Source: a bacterium (GTDB taxonomy: Bacteria > JAHJDO01). Taken from it: a stretch of DNA of 64,000 nucleotides. Within the stretch, counting starts at the first letter, position 1. Each line of letters starts with the position of its first letter. Location: positions 224,001 through 288,000 of the forward strand of contig JBDRTG010000047.1 of NCBI GenBank assembly GCA_043824255.1, read 5' to 3'. Positions 10,049-20,614 of this stretch are shown piece after piece. A program made the position numbers and the translations under genes. The notes beneath the pieces are model-generated. The model ran no database searches. It was given only the letters and a program-made list of their open reading frames with translations, and was not told the DNA's origin.

Positions 10049-11040
10049 TAATTTTTCTCGCTATCTTTGCATACTCCTGGTAGATTTAATAAAAAGGATT
10101 GTCGTTCATGACGACACTGGATGATGGCAGATAAGTGATATAATAGAAAATAAACAGCCATAATCTTGCCACAGAGTTTTCTTGAAAAATCTATAATCTT
10201 CTGACTCTTTGTTAATTTTTGCAGAGGCTCATCACAAGAGTAGGTTTTTCTTTTATGGAGCAGTTCGAAGAATGACGATATATTATAGTTTATGAAGAGA
10301 TATAATAAGGTATTCTTGATACTCATAAATTCATGAAAAATCGAAGGCAAACAGGGTGGAGCTGGATGAATACCTGCGCATTGATAACTACCTATACATC
10401 GATAGCCAGCAGCGCGAATCTTAAATCCTAAATCATTATCGTCGTGAAGATACTCTATATAATCCGTGAAACCATTAATAAGAAAAAAAATATTCCGCGG
10501 GATAAAAATACAGGCGGTATTAACATAGTCGTCATCTATGGCTCTATATTGATGTAAATTGTAGCGGTGATCGGTGTAACTGATACGTCCAATTACGAAA
10601 GATGAGTAACTATTTTTAGAATACAAGACTCCACCAATACAGCCAATATCAAGATTATTCTTTAACTTCCTCATAGCATATAAGGCACATTCTGAATCAA
10701 TTTCTACAATATCCGAATCAATGAACCATAGGAATTCACCATTTGCTACACAAGCACCCTCATTACGTGCAAATGCCGCCCCTATATTCCGGCTGAGATA
10801 TACTATTTTGAAATTATGCTTAAGCGAGACAGTTTGTACAATTGCATCGATACCTTTAGCATTATCGCTTACAATAATGATCTGAAGTTTTTCGTAACTT
10901 TGGTTGTCAACAGAGAGTAGTGCCTTTGGCAAAGTTGAAAGTTTTGCAGAATATACAGGGATGATGGCAGATATCATACCTGTTTCTACAGTTGATGTAT
11001 TTTTTGAAAAATCGTGTACTTGCTTTTTTATGTAGTACAT
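10048..11040 (-). CDS. Glycosyltransferase family 2
   Basis: ISAIIPVY, ARNEGA, FIDSD, DDNDLGFKI. Confidence 0.88.
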   Translation of the reverse strand: MYYIKKQVHDFSKNTSTVETGMISAIIPVYSAKLSTLPKALLSVDNQSYEKLQIIIVSDNAKGIDAIVQTVSLKHNFKIVYLSRNIGAAFARNEGACVANGEFLWFIDSDIVEIDSECALYAMRKLKNNLDIGCIGGVLYSKNSYSSFVIGRISYTDHRYNLHQYRAIDDDYVNTACIFIPRNIFFLINGFTDYIEYLHDDNDLGFKIRAAGYRCIGSYQCAGIHPAPPCLPSIFHEFMSIKNTLLYLFINYNISSFFELLHKRKTYSCDEPLQKLTKSQKIIDFSRKLCGKIMAVYFLLYHLSAIIQCRHERQSFLLNLPGVCKDSEKN

Positions 11041-11078
11041 TTTCTACTACTATTTCCGATTATTTTACATTTAATATC

Positions 11079-12233
11079 TTAAGAAATCCTTTTGAAAGCA
11101 TGGTCATAAATTTTCTTCCAACTCAATTTTGATGCAAATTCTAAAGCATTTCTTCTACATCTATTATAAAAACCATCATTTTCCAAAATCTTAAGTGCTG
11201 CAGCTACTAATTGTTCTTTACTATATTCTATAGCAATACCCATCTGCAATCTTTCAATTTCTTTTGCAATCCATGGGACTCTTGTTATTATCACTGGCAA
11301 TCCACAAGCCAGATATTCCTTTACCTTAGTCGGATCAGCATAATTAGTAATGCTGTCAGGATCCTCTAAATAGGAAGCTATGGCTATTCCGCCACGAGAA
11401 AGATTGTCAACAAGAAAATCCTGTTTCATGTATCCTAAAAATTTAACATTTTTGTCTAATCTACTTCTTATCACTAATTGTTTTAACTCCTCTTCGTATG
11501 GTCCTGTCCCTATAATTTCTAAGATAACATCGTTTCTATATTTTGATATGTCTGTCATAGCTTCTATGGCTAATTGGCATCCTTTATCCTTGCTTAGATA
11601 GCTTACAAAAACCAATCTATGCCGGCTTATGTTAGAATTCGAAACTCTTTTTACACCATCAAATTCAACTCCTACCGGTACCACCATATTTTTATTCTTT
11701 TTAACACCCTGTTTTTCTCTTAGTTCCGCCATTCTATATGAAATATTCCAGATATAATCTGAATGTCTCAGACAGAATCTATCCAGACAGTGATAAACAC
11801 GATTTAATATTCTATTTTTGAATCTTCGAGGAGTGTAATCAATCACATAATAAATAATCTTATGTACAACACCTATTCGTTTTAATACAATTCCGCTTAA
11901 GGTATTTATATTATCTATTCCGATAAAAAGTATTTTCCCTCTGTGCCGATCCCTGAAGACTAAAAAGACATTCAAAAGCAAATCCCCAATAAAAGAAATC
12001 AGCCTCCTTTTTGTCCTCTTAATTGTTTTTTGCCTAACCAAAGTCCCATTATCAAAATTTTCCATTAAGCTATCGGTTATTAAACACTTTCTTAAGGGAT
12101 GTGTTATATACTGAAAATTATACTTCCCATTCTCTAAATATTTTCTTAAAGCCTGGACCGGTCCGTATATTTCCGTAATATGGGCAGCAACAACAACATT
12201 AACTTCATCCATTTTTAAGATATTATCTACCAT
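11079..12233 (-). CDS. Glycosyltransferase family 4
   Basis: GT-B motifs KG, GTGPYEEEL, KVKEYLACGLPVI. Confidence 0.9.
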   Translation of the reverse strand: MVDNILKMDEVNVVVAAHITEIYGPVQALRKYLENGKYNFQYITHPLRKCLITDSLMENFDNGTLVRQKTIKRTKRRLISFIGDLLLNVFLVFRDRHRGKILFIGIDNINTLSGIVLKRIGVVHKIIYYVIDYTPRRFKNRILNRVYHCLDRFCLRHSDYIWNISYRMAELREKQGVKKNKNMVVPVGVEFDGVKRVSNSNISRHRLVFVSYLSKDKGCQLAIEAMTDISKYRNDVILEIIGTGPYEEELKQLVIRSRLDKNVKFLGYMKQDFLVDNLSRGGIAIASYLEDPDSITNYADPTKVKEYLACGLPVIITRVPWIAKEIERLQMGIAIEYSKEQLVAAALKILENDGFYNRCRRNALEFASKLSWKKIYDHAFKRIS

Positions 12234-13264
12234 TTACTTCTATCAAACATTTTCGGCTTAACTCTCCCTCTCACAATGCATGTAGCATAAACCCATAGAG
12301 TTATCCAGCAAGCTAATGGATGAAAAAGCCATGCTTTATCTTTGACTTTACAATAACCTCTCAACATTTCTATTACTAATGGAAAAACAGTACAGGTATA
12401 TATTACAAATTTAAACAATCCCTTCTTATTGGTTTTTTCCCAGGGATAAACCCGTAAACCAGTTTTTTTATAAAATAAATAATCCATTATTCTTCTCTTT
12501 TGCTTCTTTTTAAATGTTTTTATGCTATTAGCAAACAGATGCACAATCCCCACTTTTACTTTAGCAAATTTTCTGTGCCCATTTTTTGTAATTTGATAGA
12601 CTACATCTAAATCAAAAAGATAGGGCTCGTAATCTGTTTCCATTAAATACTTTTTCTTTACCAAAAACCCATTTGCTCCAATCGTAGGAATGTTTTTCTC
12701 GTCCAGCTCTAAAATAATATATTCCCCCATATCTTTTGAGACTATTTTTAGTCCTGTCCATTTCCCCGTTAAGTAACAATATCTATCATAGTTACCTAGA
12801 TAAAGGCAAAGCGGATCATTCATACCCAAGAGAGCAAAATAACGGGTCAATAATGTATCCTTTTTTCTGTACGAATAATAGAGAGGTTCTGAAGCCACAA
12901 TGTCGGAATCGTCAAAAGGAGCCACCATCTTCTTCAGCCAATTCTGTCCTTCCAGAATATTATCGCTGTCGATAAGAGCAATTATTTCATTATTTGAATG
13001 TTTAACACCTACTGATTTTCCAGCTTCGCATGTTTTTTGCTTATTCTCAAATATTTTAACTCTAAGACCTGGATTTCCTGTTCTGAAATTTTCAATAATT
13101 TGAAGTGTTTCATCTGTTGAGCCGCCATCTGCAATGATAATTTCCAGATTTTCACGCGGATAGTCCTGAGAAGCTACTGAACACAGGCAATCATCCAATG
13201 TCCTTTCTGCATTCAAAGTAGGAATAATTATGCTTATACTTGGAAATTCGTTAGTTGTACTCAT
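12227..13264 (-). CDS. Glycosyltransferase family 2
   Basis: ISIIIPTLNAE, ADGGSTD, LIDSDN. Confidence 0.9.
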   Translation of the reverse strand: MSTTNEFPSISIIIPTLNAERTLDDCLCSVASQDYPRENLEIIIADGGSTDETLQIIENFRTGNPGLRVKIFENKQKTCEAGKSVGVKHSNNEIIALIDSDNILEGQNWLKKMVAPFDDSDIVASEPLYYSYRKKDTLLTRYFALLGMNDPLCLYLGNYDRYCYLTGKWTGLKIVSKDMGEYIILELDEKNIPTIGANGFLVKKKYLMETDYEPYLFDLDVVYQITKNGHRKFAKVKVGIVHLFANSIKTFKKKQKRRIMDYLFYKKTGLRVYPWEKTNKKGLFKFVIYTCTVFPLVIEMLRGYCKVKDKAWLFHPLACWITLWVYATCIVRGRVKPKMFDRSKW

Positions 13265-15078
13265 CTTTTAGATAATATCATATCTGCATCTAAGTATAAA
13301 ATCTCATACACATCTGTTTTGCCAAAGAATTTATCAAAACAAACGTTTGGAGACATATATTGTTCTTTGTAATGCCTATTCTTTCTCTGATTAAAAGACT
13401 TAATCAGTTTTAAACCAAGTTTTTCTTCATCAATAATCGGCATAGGAATATTGTACTCTTTCTCATAATCTTTGTATAAGTCCCTATGAACAATTACATA
13501 TTTTACACCCCATTTTCTAAGCTGTTGAACGGTTTGGGGATTATCAATATGGAGAAGTTTTTCTAAACGATATCTATCTCCTCCATTAACCAGCTTTTGC
13601 TTATGCACCCTCTGCCAGAAGAAATAGCCATAGTGTGGTGTTCTTCCGGCAAGCATCGGATATTCAGCAATAGCAGAGTTAAACTCACCTTCCTGTTTTG
13701 CCAGCCATGTATATAGTTTCGGCGGCGTTGAATCAAAATAATGAAACGGCGGAATGTTTATGTATTCAACTCCTATTAAGACAAAAATTACACCTGCAAA
13801 AATAATTTTTAATTTTAAATTTTTAATTTTAAATTTTTCTAATAAGAATTTTATTCCAATTCCTGAAAGCACACTCAACGATATCATCATTACAACAACC
13901 ATTCTTGAGTAATACCTGAACATCGGAAACAGCTTATGCAGGAAATACGACGGCATTGGAAGCTTAAACGGAGCACTGTTCAACTTTAATGCGCCAATAG
14001 GTATCCATGGAGGAGAGGACATAATCCCAAAGGCAAAGAAAACTACCACGAAAAATGGCACAACGAAAGACAATTTTGAGTTTTGAGTTTTGAGTTTTGA
14101 GTTTTTCCTTCTTCGCCAGAAACATACTGCAATAATAGAGAGAATCAGCGGGGTATATCCAAGATAAAGTGTATGGTCTATCATACTGCCAAAATCAGGG
14201 GACATAAATGGTTTGGAGATATTTTTAAGGATAGGATTTGTTCTTGGAGGGAGCAGAAAATCTTTTGGTCTTGCAGAAGAGAACCTCAATCCTTCCAATG
14301 GGCGAATGTAAACAGCCTGAGTTTCCCTGCTCTTGCTTTTTGAAAAAATTGCCTTAATTACTTTGTGCTCAAATGAAACAACAATAATCAATGCAGAGAA
14401 AAAGGCTATGCCAGCTAATTTCAGTATTTTGAATTTGTCTTTCTTTATTACTTGCCCAAGATTTTTGATGTGTTTTAACAGTAGAAAAACAATAAATATC
14501 GCAGTAAATAAAAGCATGTAATAGCCATAGTAAGGATTGGAGAAAACAACCAACGCATAAAAAACTCCGCATAAAACTGCGTTCCTATAGCTTCTTTCAA
14601 ATATCAATTTCAACAAAAATAATATATACAGCGGCATCCACTGGATTGCAGCCATATGTATGTGGTTAAATGACTGCATACAGATATGAGGGCAAAAACC
14701 ATAGATGAGACCTGAAATTAAAGCTGATATTTTGTTTTTTGTCAGGTATTTTACAAGAAGATACATGAAAATGGCAGAGAGGATAAAATTTGAGACAGAG
14801 AGCATGTTCCATGTAACTATTTCATTTGTTAGGAGTGTCAATATACCTGTTATTTGCTCAAAGATCGGATAAGAATAGGGGGAAACGCCTTCTCCGAAGG
14901 GAAAAGCAATATGGGGTCTTAATCCCGGGTCAAGGTTATGAAGAATTGCAAACTTATGGTGCCAGAGACCGGCTAGCGTTGCCAGTGTATCATCAGGATA
15001 ACCGTAAATATACTTATTGATATTAAGAATAACAGGCCATGTCATAAGTAAAGTTAATATAGCAAATATCAATATCAT
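13261..15078 (-). CDS. Polytopic membrane protein, probable GT-C fold glycosyltransferase (YfhO-like)
   Basis: Many TM segments, acidic DD in the first loop, FPMFRYYSR motif, soluble C-terminal domain with GVKYVIVH. Confidence 0.6.
   Translation of the reverse strand: MILIFAILTLLMTWPVILNINKYIYGYPDDTLATLAGLWHHKFAILHNLDPGLRPHIAFPFGEGVSPYSYPIFEQITGILTLLTNEIVTWNMLSVSNFILSAIFMYLLVKYLTKNKISALISGLIYGFCPHICMQSFNHIHMAAIQWMPLYILFLLKLIFERSYRNAVLCGVFYALVVFSNPYYGYYMLLFTAIFIVFLLLKHIKNLGQVIKKDKFKILKLAGIAFFSALIIVVSFEHKVIKAIFSKSKSRETQAVYIRPLEGLRFSSARPKDFLLPPRTNPILKNISKPFMSPDFGSMIDHTLYLGYTPLILSIIAVCFWRRRKNSKLKTQNSKLSFVVPFFVVVFFAFGIMSSPPWIPIGALKLNSAPFKLPMPSYFLHKLFPMFRYYSRMVVVMMISLSVLSGIGIKFLLEKFKIKNLKLKIIFAGVIFVLIGVEYINIPPFHYFDSTPPKLYTWLAKQEGEFNSAIAEYPMLAGRTPHYGYFFWQRVHKQKLVNGGDRYRLEKLLHIDNPQTVQQLRKWGVKYVIVHRDLYKDYEKEYNIPMPIIDEEKLGLKLIKSFNQRKNRHYKEQYMSPNVCFDKFFGKTDVYEILYLDADMILSKR
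13804..13838. repeat. Degenerate heptamer tandem repeat inside a CDS (encodes KFKIKNLKLKI)
   Basis: aatttttaattttaaatttttaattttaaattttt. Confidence 0.6.
14074..14101. repeat. (TTTTGAG)x4 perfect heptamer tandem repeat inside a CDS (encodes NSKLKTQNSKL)
   Basis: Read directly from sequence. Confidence 0.95.
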
Positions 15079-16085
15079 GTCTTATCAGCATCCTGTCTTC
15101 TTGCGCGAATTATCTTGATAATTAATATAACAGCCAGAAGAGTATAGGCAACATTACCCAGTTTATCAGCAAATGGTTCTTTATCACACATTATGAATAT
15201 TGGCATTAGAATAAAAGATGCCAGAAACGAAGCACTGCATATCCAGTAAAGATAAACAGCTATCTTATATTTGGTTATGAAATTTCTTGTATAATGCCAT
15301 ATATCTTTTCTCATTGGCAGAAACGTTATCAAGACAAATAACATTATATAACTAAGAATGGAAAAAGTAATATAATATGATGTTACTATATTAAACGAAA
15401 CTATAAGAAGACCAAATAATGTATATCCTGTAAAAAAACTATTTTTCAAGTAACTCTTAAGTATTTGCAGGGGGAATTTCGTTCTCTCTTTTTTTATTAG
15501 CGTTTTAGAAACATTACCCATAAGAATAATTAATCCAATGAATAATATTGAGATTAGCAGTCTTTTGAGTAATATTCCCTTACCTGTATCGTAGGAAATA
15601 CGCATATTTAATAACCCTCTACTATATCCAAGAACAGTTTTGAATTTGATATATTTTATTTTTAGAGGACAATCTTTATACAAATCCTGTGACAATAAAT
15701 TTTCAGGCAAAAATTCAATATAGTTTTTATTGCTAATTACATCCTTGGGAACTAAGCTGAAGATAAGAGTCTCATCTCCCTTTTTTAATTTTCCCATCTC
15801 TTTTGCATTAGATGACACTGTATAATTATCTTTTGCAGGAGCTGGCAAGATAATCTCAACCTTATATTCATTGTTTTTAGGAATAACGAAGGATGTTCTG
15901 AATATAGTTTTATTGGATAATACATCTTTTATTGCAAAAATCTCTTTTTTGCCTTCACCATAAAATTTAAAACGATAAGAAGGGCGTATGTCACTTTGTA
16001 CACAAATCATTGAGAAGACAAATAGTTGAAGAATAATTACCAGTGGAATAGAGATGAATGTTTTTCGCTTAACAATATCTAACAT
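15075..16085 (-). CDS. Hypothetical membrane protein (N-terminal anchor, soluble domain, C-terminal TM bundle); paralogue of 26443..27435
   Basis: Hydropathy pattern; C-terminal LGNVAYTLLAVILIIKI versus LTNIAYFALYLGVIIKF. Confidence 0.65.
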   Translation of the reverse strand: MLDIVKRKTFISIPLVIILQLFVFSMICVQSDIRPSYRFKFYGEGKKEIFAIKDVLSNKTIFRTSFVIPKNNEYKVEIILPAPAKDNYTVSSNAKEMGKLKKGDETLIFSLVPKDVISNKNYIEFLPENLLSQDLYKDCPLKIKYIKFKTVLGYSRGLLNMRISYDTGKGILLKRLLISILFIGLIILMGNVSKTLIKKERTKFPLQILKSYLKNSFFTGYTLFGLLIVSFNIVTSYYITFSILSYIMLFVLITFLPMRKDIWHYTRNFITKYKIAVYLYWICSASFLASFILMPIFIMCDKEPFADKLGNVAYTLLAVILIIKIIRARRQDADKT

Positions 16086-16092
16086 ATTTCAA

Positions 16093-17301
16093 TTATCTTT
16101 TGCATAAGCTAGTTATTTTTTTAAACATTTTTCCCATCTGAGGAACGATTTGTTCAACAGAAAAATTTTCTTTTATCCTCTTGTAGGCATTTCCCCTCAT
16201 TTTTAAAAATGATTCTTGATCATTTTTCCACATATAAAAAAACTCAAGCACTGAATCTTTGAAGGCTTGAATATCCCCTAATGCTACCAATTTACCCGTA
16301 ATGCCATTTTCAATAATATCACTTGGTCCTGGTATATCAAAAGAGACTACAGGAATACCTCTACTGTGAGATTCAAGTGCTATGTAAGATACAGTTTCCC
16401 ATCTGGATAAAATAATGGCTAAATCAATATCTTTATATAGTTCATTTGTGTTATCAACAAACCCCATGAATTTTATATTACTATACTCTTGTGAAAGTTT
16501 TTCGGGAATTGCGTCCATGTCTCCATTGCCAGCTATTATAAATTCCGTATTTTCAAACTCTGTATTTTTAGCTAAGCTCTTGATTAAATCTCTCAAATAA
16601 TCAACACCTTTTTGTTCAGTCAATCTGCCTGCAAAGAGTATCTGGAACCTGTCCGAAGATCTTTTTGCAGGTATTTTAAATTCATTCCCGCTAACAATGT
16701 ATGGGATATAGTGAACTTTGGATTTTCCCACTTTATATTTCACGGATATAGAATCGACATAAGATGAATTAGGAACATGAATCGCTCCACTCAGTTGCAA
16801 CAACTTTTTGTATATTCGGCTAAAGTACAGCATGTTATGAATCCTGCTATGAATTGAATCTGCTTTTTGAAGAAAAATTGCTGTGTGAACGCCAATGACA
16901 ACTTTCCTGAAATTTTCCCTTCCTATAAGAATATATAGATACAAAAGGTCCATGAACTCATTTTTACAGTAGATTATTTCTGCCTCAATTAGCTTTCTAA
17001 TTATCTGTTTTCTATAATCTGAACACGGGATATGAAACTTCAAGGAGAGATTATTAATCCTTGCTTTTCCGCAGTTTCTTTCTAACTTCAACATATTTTT
17101 TGTTTCATGCCTGTTCTTAAGCCCTAAAACCGCATACAAAATATTTTCAAATCTTGGACGCACTCTGACATATAAAAAGCTATTGCATATTATACTAACC
17201 TCATGCCAATTCTCAGCCAGAGCGTTAGCCATAGCTGCAATCTGCTTTTCACACCCGCCTTCAAAATCCAGCCTGTTTAAATCAAAAAAAACTATTTTCA
17301 T
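16093..17301 (-). CDS. Glycosyltransferase family 4
   Basis: GGCEK, FAGRLTEQKG, SRWETVSYIALE...GIPVV. Confidence 0.92.
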   Translation of the reverse strand: MKIVFFDLNRLDFEGGCEKQIAAMANALAENWHEVSIICNSFLYVRVRPRFENILYAVLGLKNRHETKNMLKLERNCGKARINNLSLKFHIPCSDYRKQIIRKLIEAEIIYCKNEFMDLLYLYILIGRENFRKVVIGVHTAIFLQKADSIHSRIHNMLYFSRIYKKLLQLSGAIHVPNSSYVDSISVKYKVGKSKVHYIPYIVSGNEFKIPAKRSSDRFQILFAGRLTEQKGVDYLRDLIKSLAKNTEFENTEFIIAGNGDMDAIPEKLSQEYSNIKFMGFVDNTNELYKDIDLAIILSRWETVSYIALESHSRGIPVVSFDIPGPSDIIENGITGKLVALGDIQAFKDSVLEFFYMWKNDQESFLKMRGNAYKRIKENFSVEQIVPQMGKMFKKITSLCKR

Positions 17302-17311
17302 CCTTTACATT

Positions 17312-18796
17312 CTATCTTTTTAAAATTAAATGCGACAAGAAACCGAGACCGTTACACAGAAAGGATATAATATTTTTAATTATTGTTTTAATAATTGCAC
17401 ATTTATATTTAGACCGTATAAAGTATTTCAAATAGTACATCTCAAGAGGAACAGAAAAAAGTATCTTTGGCATAACGAAGCGCATTCTTAATTTCATTAA
17501 AATGCTCTCAAGCGGTAGATTATGTTTTGCAAGTTTGAATCTCCTATCTATAATTGTTCCATAAAGATATGGATTTTCAAATAACTTATATTCCTCGAGC
17601 TTCAGTTTGGGATTTACATACTGATCATATATTTCTGTGCCCAAAAAAGGAACTGTTAATGCCAGATAGTAAACACTTGCTTTGAGCTTTTTAAGAAACT
17701 CCTTTAAAATATTAATATCATCAACAGTCTCACCTGGAGTATTCAACATAATATTCGCACCGGTTCTCATGCGGTATTTTCCACATATTGCGAACGCCTT
17801 ATGAGTATCTTCTATAGTAACACCTTTTTTCATCCTGTCCAATGCTTCCTGAGTAGCGGATTCCACACCGAAATCAAGCTGGCAGCAGCCGGCTTCCTTC
17901 ATTTTTTTAACAAGATCCTCATCTATTAAATTGACTCTGGTTTCAGCGGCCCATAGCATATTAATTTTTTCTTTTATTAATCTGTCACAGAATTCATACA
18001 CTCTTTGTTTCTTAAGAGTGAACGTATCATCCTGGACATACAGAGCTTCAAGCCCGTAATTACTTCTTAAAAAATTTATCTCATCAAAAACCTGTTCCAT
18101 GCTTTTATATCTTACAATTTTATGGAAGCCCTGTGCTTTATATAAACTGGCACTTGCACAAAAAGTGCAGTTAAATGGACATCCGAATCCAGTAAAAATA
18201 TGCACTGACGAAACTGTCATGAACCTGATGCCAAAATTATTAGGATATAGATAAAATTCCATATCAATTTTATTATAACTAGGTACAGGTATATGAGACA
18301 TGTCAGGAGTCAGAGGCATGTATTTATTGACCACAACTTTATCGTTCTTTAAAAAACAAACACTCTCAATTTCTTCAAGCGGTTTTTCGTTTTTAAGTAT
18401 ATCCAACAAAGGGAATTCTCCCTCTCCGATTACTACGATATCTACAGGTGCATTGGACATAAAAGGATCTCTGGGCATTAATGTTACATGGACCCCTCCT
18501 AGTATAACCTTTACATCCGGCAGGGCTTCTTTTATCTTTCTAATAAGAGAGATAGTACAGTTATAGTCTGTTGTATAGCTAGACAATCCAACGTACTCGT
18601 ATTTGCGCTTTTTAAGCTTCTCGATCAAAAGCTCGTCATAATAATCTATTGATTTCCTTTTGACATTAGCAGGCTCTTTAATTTCAATAATATCATTCTC
18701 AATCCCATGACTGGTTAAAAACGCAGACATATTAAGAAAATGGACAGGGACAACTGTATTTTGAACATTTCCGTTATTAGAAACAAAAGCTATCAT
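17312..18796 (-). CDS. Cobalamin-binding radical SAM protein
   Basis: GGVHVT, GEGE, GFGCPFNCTFC, QDDTF, FGVES. Confidence 0.92.
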   Translation of the reverse strand: MIAFVSNNGNVQNTVVPVHFLNMSAFLTSHGIENDIIEIKEPANVKRKSIDYYDELLIEKLKKRKYEYVGLSSYTTDYNCTISLIRKIKEALPDVKVILGGVHVTLMPRDPFMSNAPVDIVVIGEGEFPLLDILKNEKPLEEIESVCFLKNDKVVVNKYMPLTPDMSHIPVPSYNKIDMEFYLYPNNFGIRFMTVSSVHIFTGFGCPFNCTFCASASLYKAQGFHKIVRYKSMEQVFDEINFLRSNYGLEALYVQDDTFTLKKQRVYEFCDRLIKEKINMLWAAETRVNLIDEDLVKKMKEAGCCQLDFGVESATQEALDRMKKGVTIEDTHKAFAICGKYRMRTGANIMLNTPGETVDDINILKEFLKKLKASVYYLALTVPFLGTEIYDQYVNPKLKLEEYKLFENPYLYGTIIDRRFKLAKHNLPLESILMKLRMRFVMPKILFSVPLEMYYLKYFIRSKYKCAIIKTIIKNIISFLCNGLGFLSHLILKR

Positions 18797-18799
18797 AAT

Positions 18800-19930
18800 T
18801 TAAAAAACAATTTTTTGCCCTTCCAAACATCTGAAACATGCAGGAAATGGATATTTTCCCCTAACTTGTCTGAACTTTAACATTTTTTTATTATTCCAAA
18901 TATCCTTGAATTTCACCTTTCTGATATTTCCGACTACATACCCTTGACAGGGAGTTAAATCTCCATTCGGCTCTATTACTGCAGAATACCATGGACTTAA
19001 ACACCTGGATTTTATAGAAGGATACTTCAGTGAATAATAATCTTCTATCGTATCATTTATGTTATGCATAGCAAAATAAATTGGAATTTTCGAAATATTC
19101 GGCGCTTCCTTTATAAATTTTTTGATTTGCTTTATATCTATCTTAAACTTATAGTCATTTGGCACTTTTAGCCCGAGTATGTGATTCCCACCTGTTTTTT
19201 TCTTTTTGCAGAACTTGGATTGCGCTTCTACAACCTGCGGTGTATAAAACATCAGATTTCCAAAAGCCAGCTCGTCAACAGGAATGTCATTGGCAAGCTG
19301 AAGAATATATCTGGAATTTTCTATGTTTTCATGACTCATGATGCTTGCCAAACGTATATGGGGAATCCTAAGTTTTCTTTCGTTTCTTCTTTTAACCAAT
19401 AATTTCAATCCCTGTGTCGCTTTTTTAAAAGCGCCTTTATAACCTCTGGCTTTGTCATGATACTCCTCCGGACCGTCTATTGAGACTGATAGAAAATCTA
19501 GCTTTGAATCAATCAGCATATCAATATTTTTTGAGGTTAACATACTGCCGTTTGTTGTTAAAGCCGCTATCATTTTTTTCTGTTTTACATAATTGATTAG
19601 CTCAAAGATATCCTTCCTTAGAAAGGGCTCTCCTCCGTTAAAATATATGGACGGTTTGAAACCGGTGAGCTGGTCTATGAGATTTTTTATCTCCTGTGTT
19701 GATAACTCATTACAGCTTAGAGCGCTTGCCTGTAAAGAATTAGATGCGCAAAAGCTGCAATTAAAATTACATCTCTTCGTTATTAACATGGTAACTAAAT
19801 CAGGAGATATGCTGTATCCGTTAAGAAGATTGTATTCAAAGGGGATACATCTTCTCAGAAGATGAAAACCTGCATATAGACATGTAAAAGGGTTTTGAAT
19901 AGCAACATGAAAATATTTTTTAAAATTCAA
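18800..19930 (-). CDS. Radical SAM/SPASM(twitch) protein
   Basis: CNFNCSFC, GGEP, VSIDG; C-terminal CLSPW...PCQ...VGNI...CFRC. Confidence 0.9.
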   Translation of the reverse strand: MNFKKYFHVAIQNPFTCLYAGFHLLRRCIPFEYNLLNGYSISPDLVTMLITKRCNFNCSFCASNSLQASALSCNELSTQEIKNLIDQLTGFKPSIYFNGGEPFLRKDIFELINYVKQKKMIAALTTNGSMLTSKNIDMLIDSKLDFLSVSIDGPEEYHDKARGYKGAFKKATQGLKLLVKRRNERKLRIPHIRLASIMSHENIENSRYILQLANDIPVDELAFGNLMFYTPQVVEAQSKFCKKKKTGGNHILGLKVPNDYKFKIDIKQIKKFIKEAPNISKIPIYFAMHNINDTIEDYYSLKYPSIKSRCLSPWYSAVIEPNGDLTPCQGYVVGNIRKVKFKDIWNNKKMLKFRQVRGKYPFPACFRCLEGQKIVF

Positions 19931-20595
19931 AAAATCTCTCCTGTAAATTCTCTTCTAATATTTTTGCTTTTAATTGTTATCAATAAATGATGTGATGGCC
20001 ATTTAACAATTCCATAAGGTATCCATCTAAACAGCCATCTCAGGTCAACATAGTTCCAGAATCCCTCAAATATAATCTTTAATCCGCTATTATTTACGAG
20101 CTTCTTCAGCCTATCCCTTGAAAATGGAATCTCTACAGGCTGGTCTTTCAATCCGAATAGACGAAGAATAGGTTTTCTGATTAATTCCAGTCCGTATGGC
20201 AGGCTTGCATGAACAATGAAAATCTGCGCCTCTGAAATTCGAGCCATTTCAGAAATAGCTTCTTCTTGATTAATTATATGTTCAAGAACACCAAAACTCA
20301 CAGATACCTCAAAACTGTTTTCCTTAAAGGGCAAATTATCCGCAGAGCACTGGATCAACCGCTTAGCTCCGTTAGCTCTTGCAATTTGAAGGGCTTCAAA
20401 GGAAAAATCGCAACCAATAATATCACTGCAGATAGATTCTATAAAACCGCTGCCGCATCCAATATCAACAGCTCTCTTGCCTTTTAGCAAAGCAGCGACA
20501 ACTTCATAACTTTCTCTCTCATCAGCAAAGCCACCTTCTTTATGAAGCTTATCATACCCCTCCATGGACTTAAGATTAGAGGTTTTTATAGACAT
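19927..20595 (-). CDS. Class I SAM-dependent methyltransferase
   Basis: VDIGCGSG, LPFKENSFE, GVLEH. Confidence 0.9.
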   Translation of the reverse strand: MSIKTSNLKSMEGYDKLHKEGGFADERESYEVVAALLKGKRAVDIGCGSGFIESICSDIIGCDFSFEALQIARANGAKRLIQCSADNLPFKENSFEVSVSFGVLEHIINQEEAISEMARISEAQIFIVHASLPYGLELIRKPILRLFGLKDQPVEIPFSRDRLKKLVNNSGLKIIFEGFWNYVDLRWLFRWIPYGIVKWPSHHLLITIKSKNIRREFTGEIF

Positions 20596-20614
20596 ATTTT
20601 ATAAATTCCAAAAT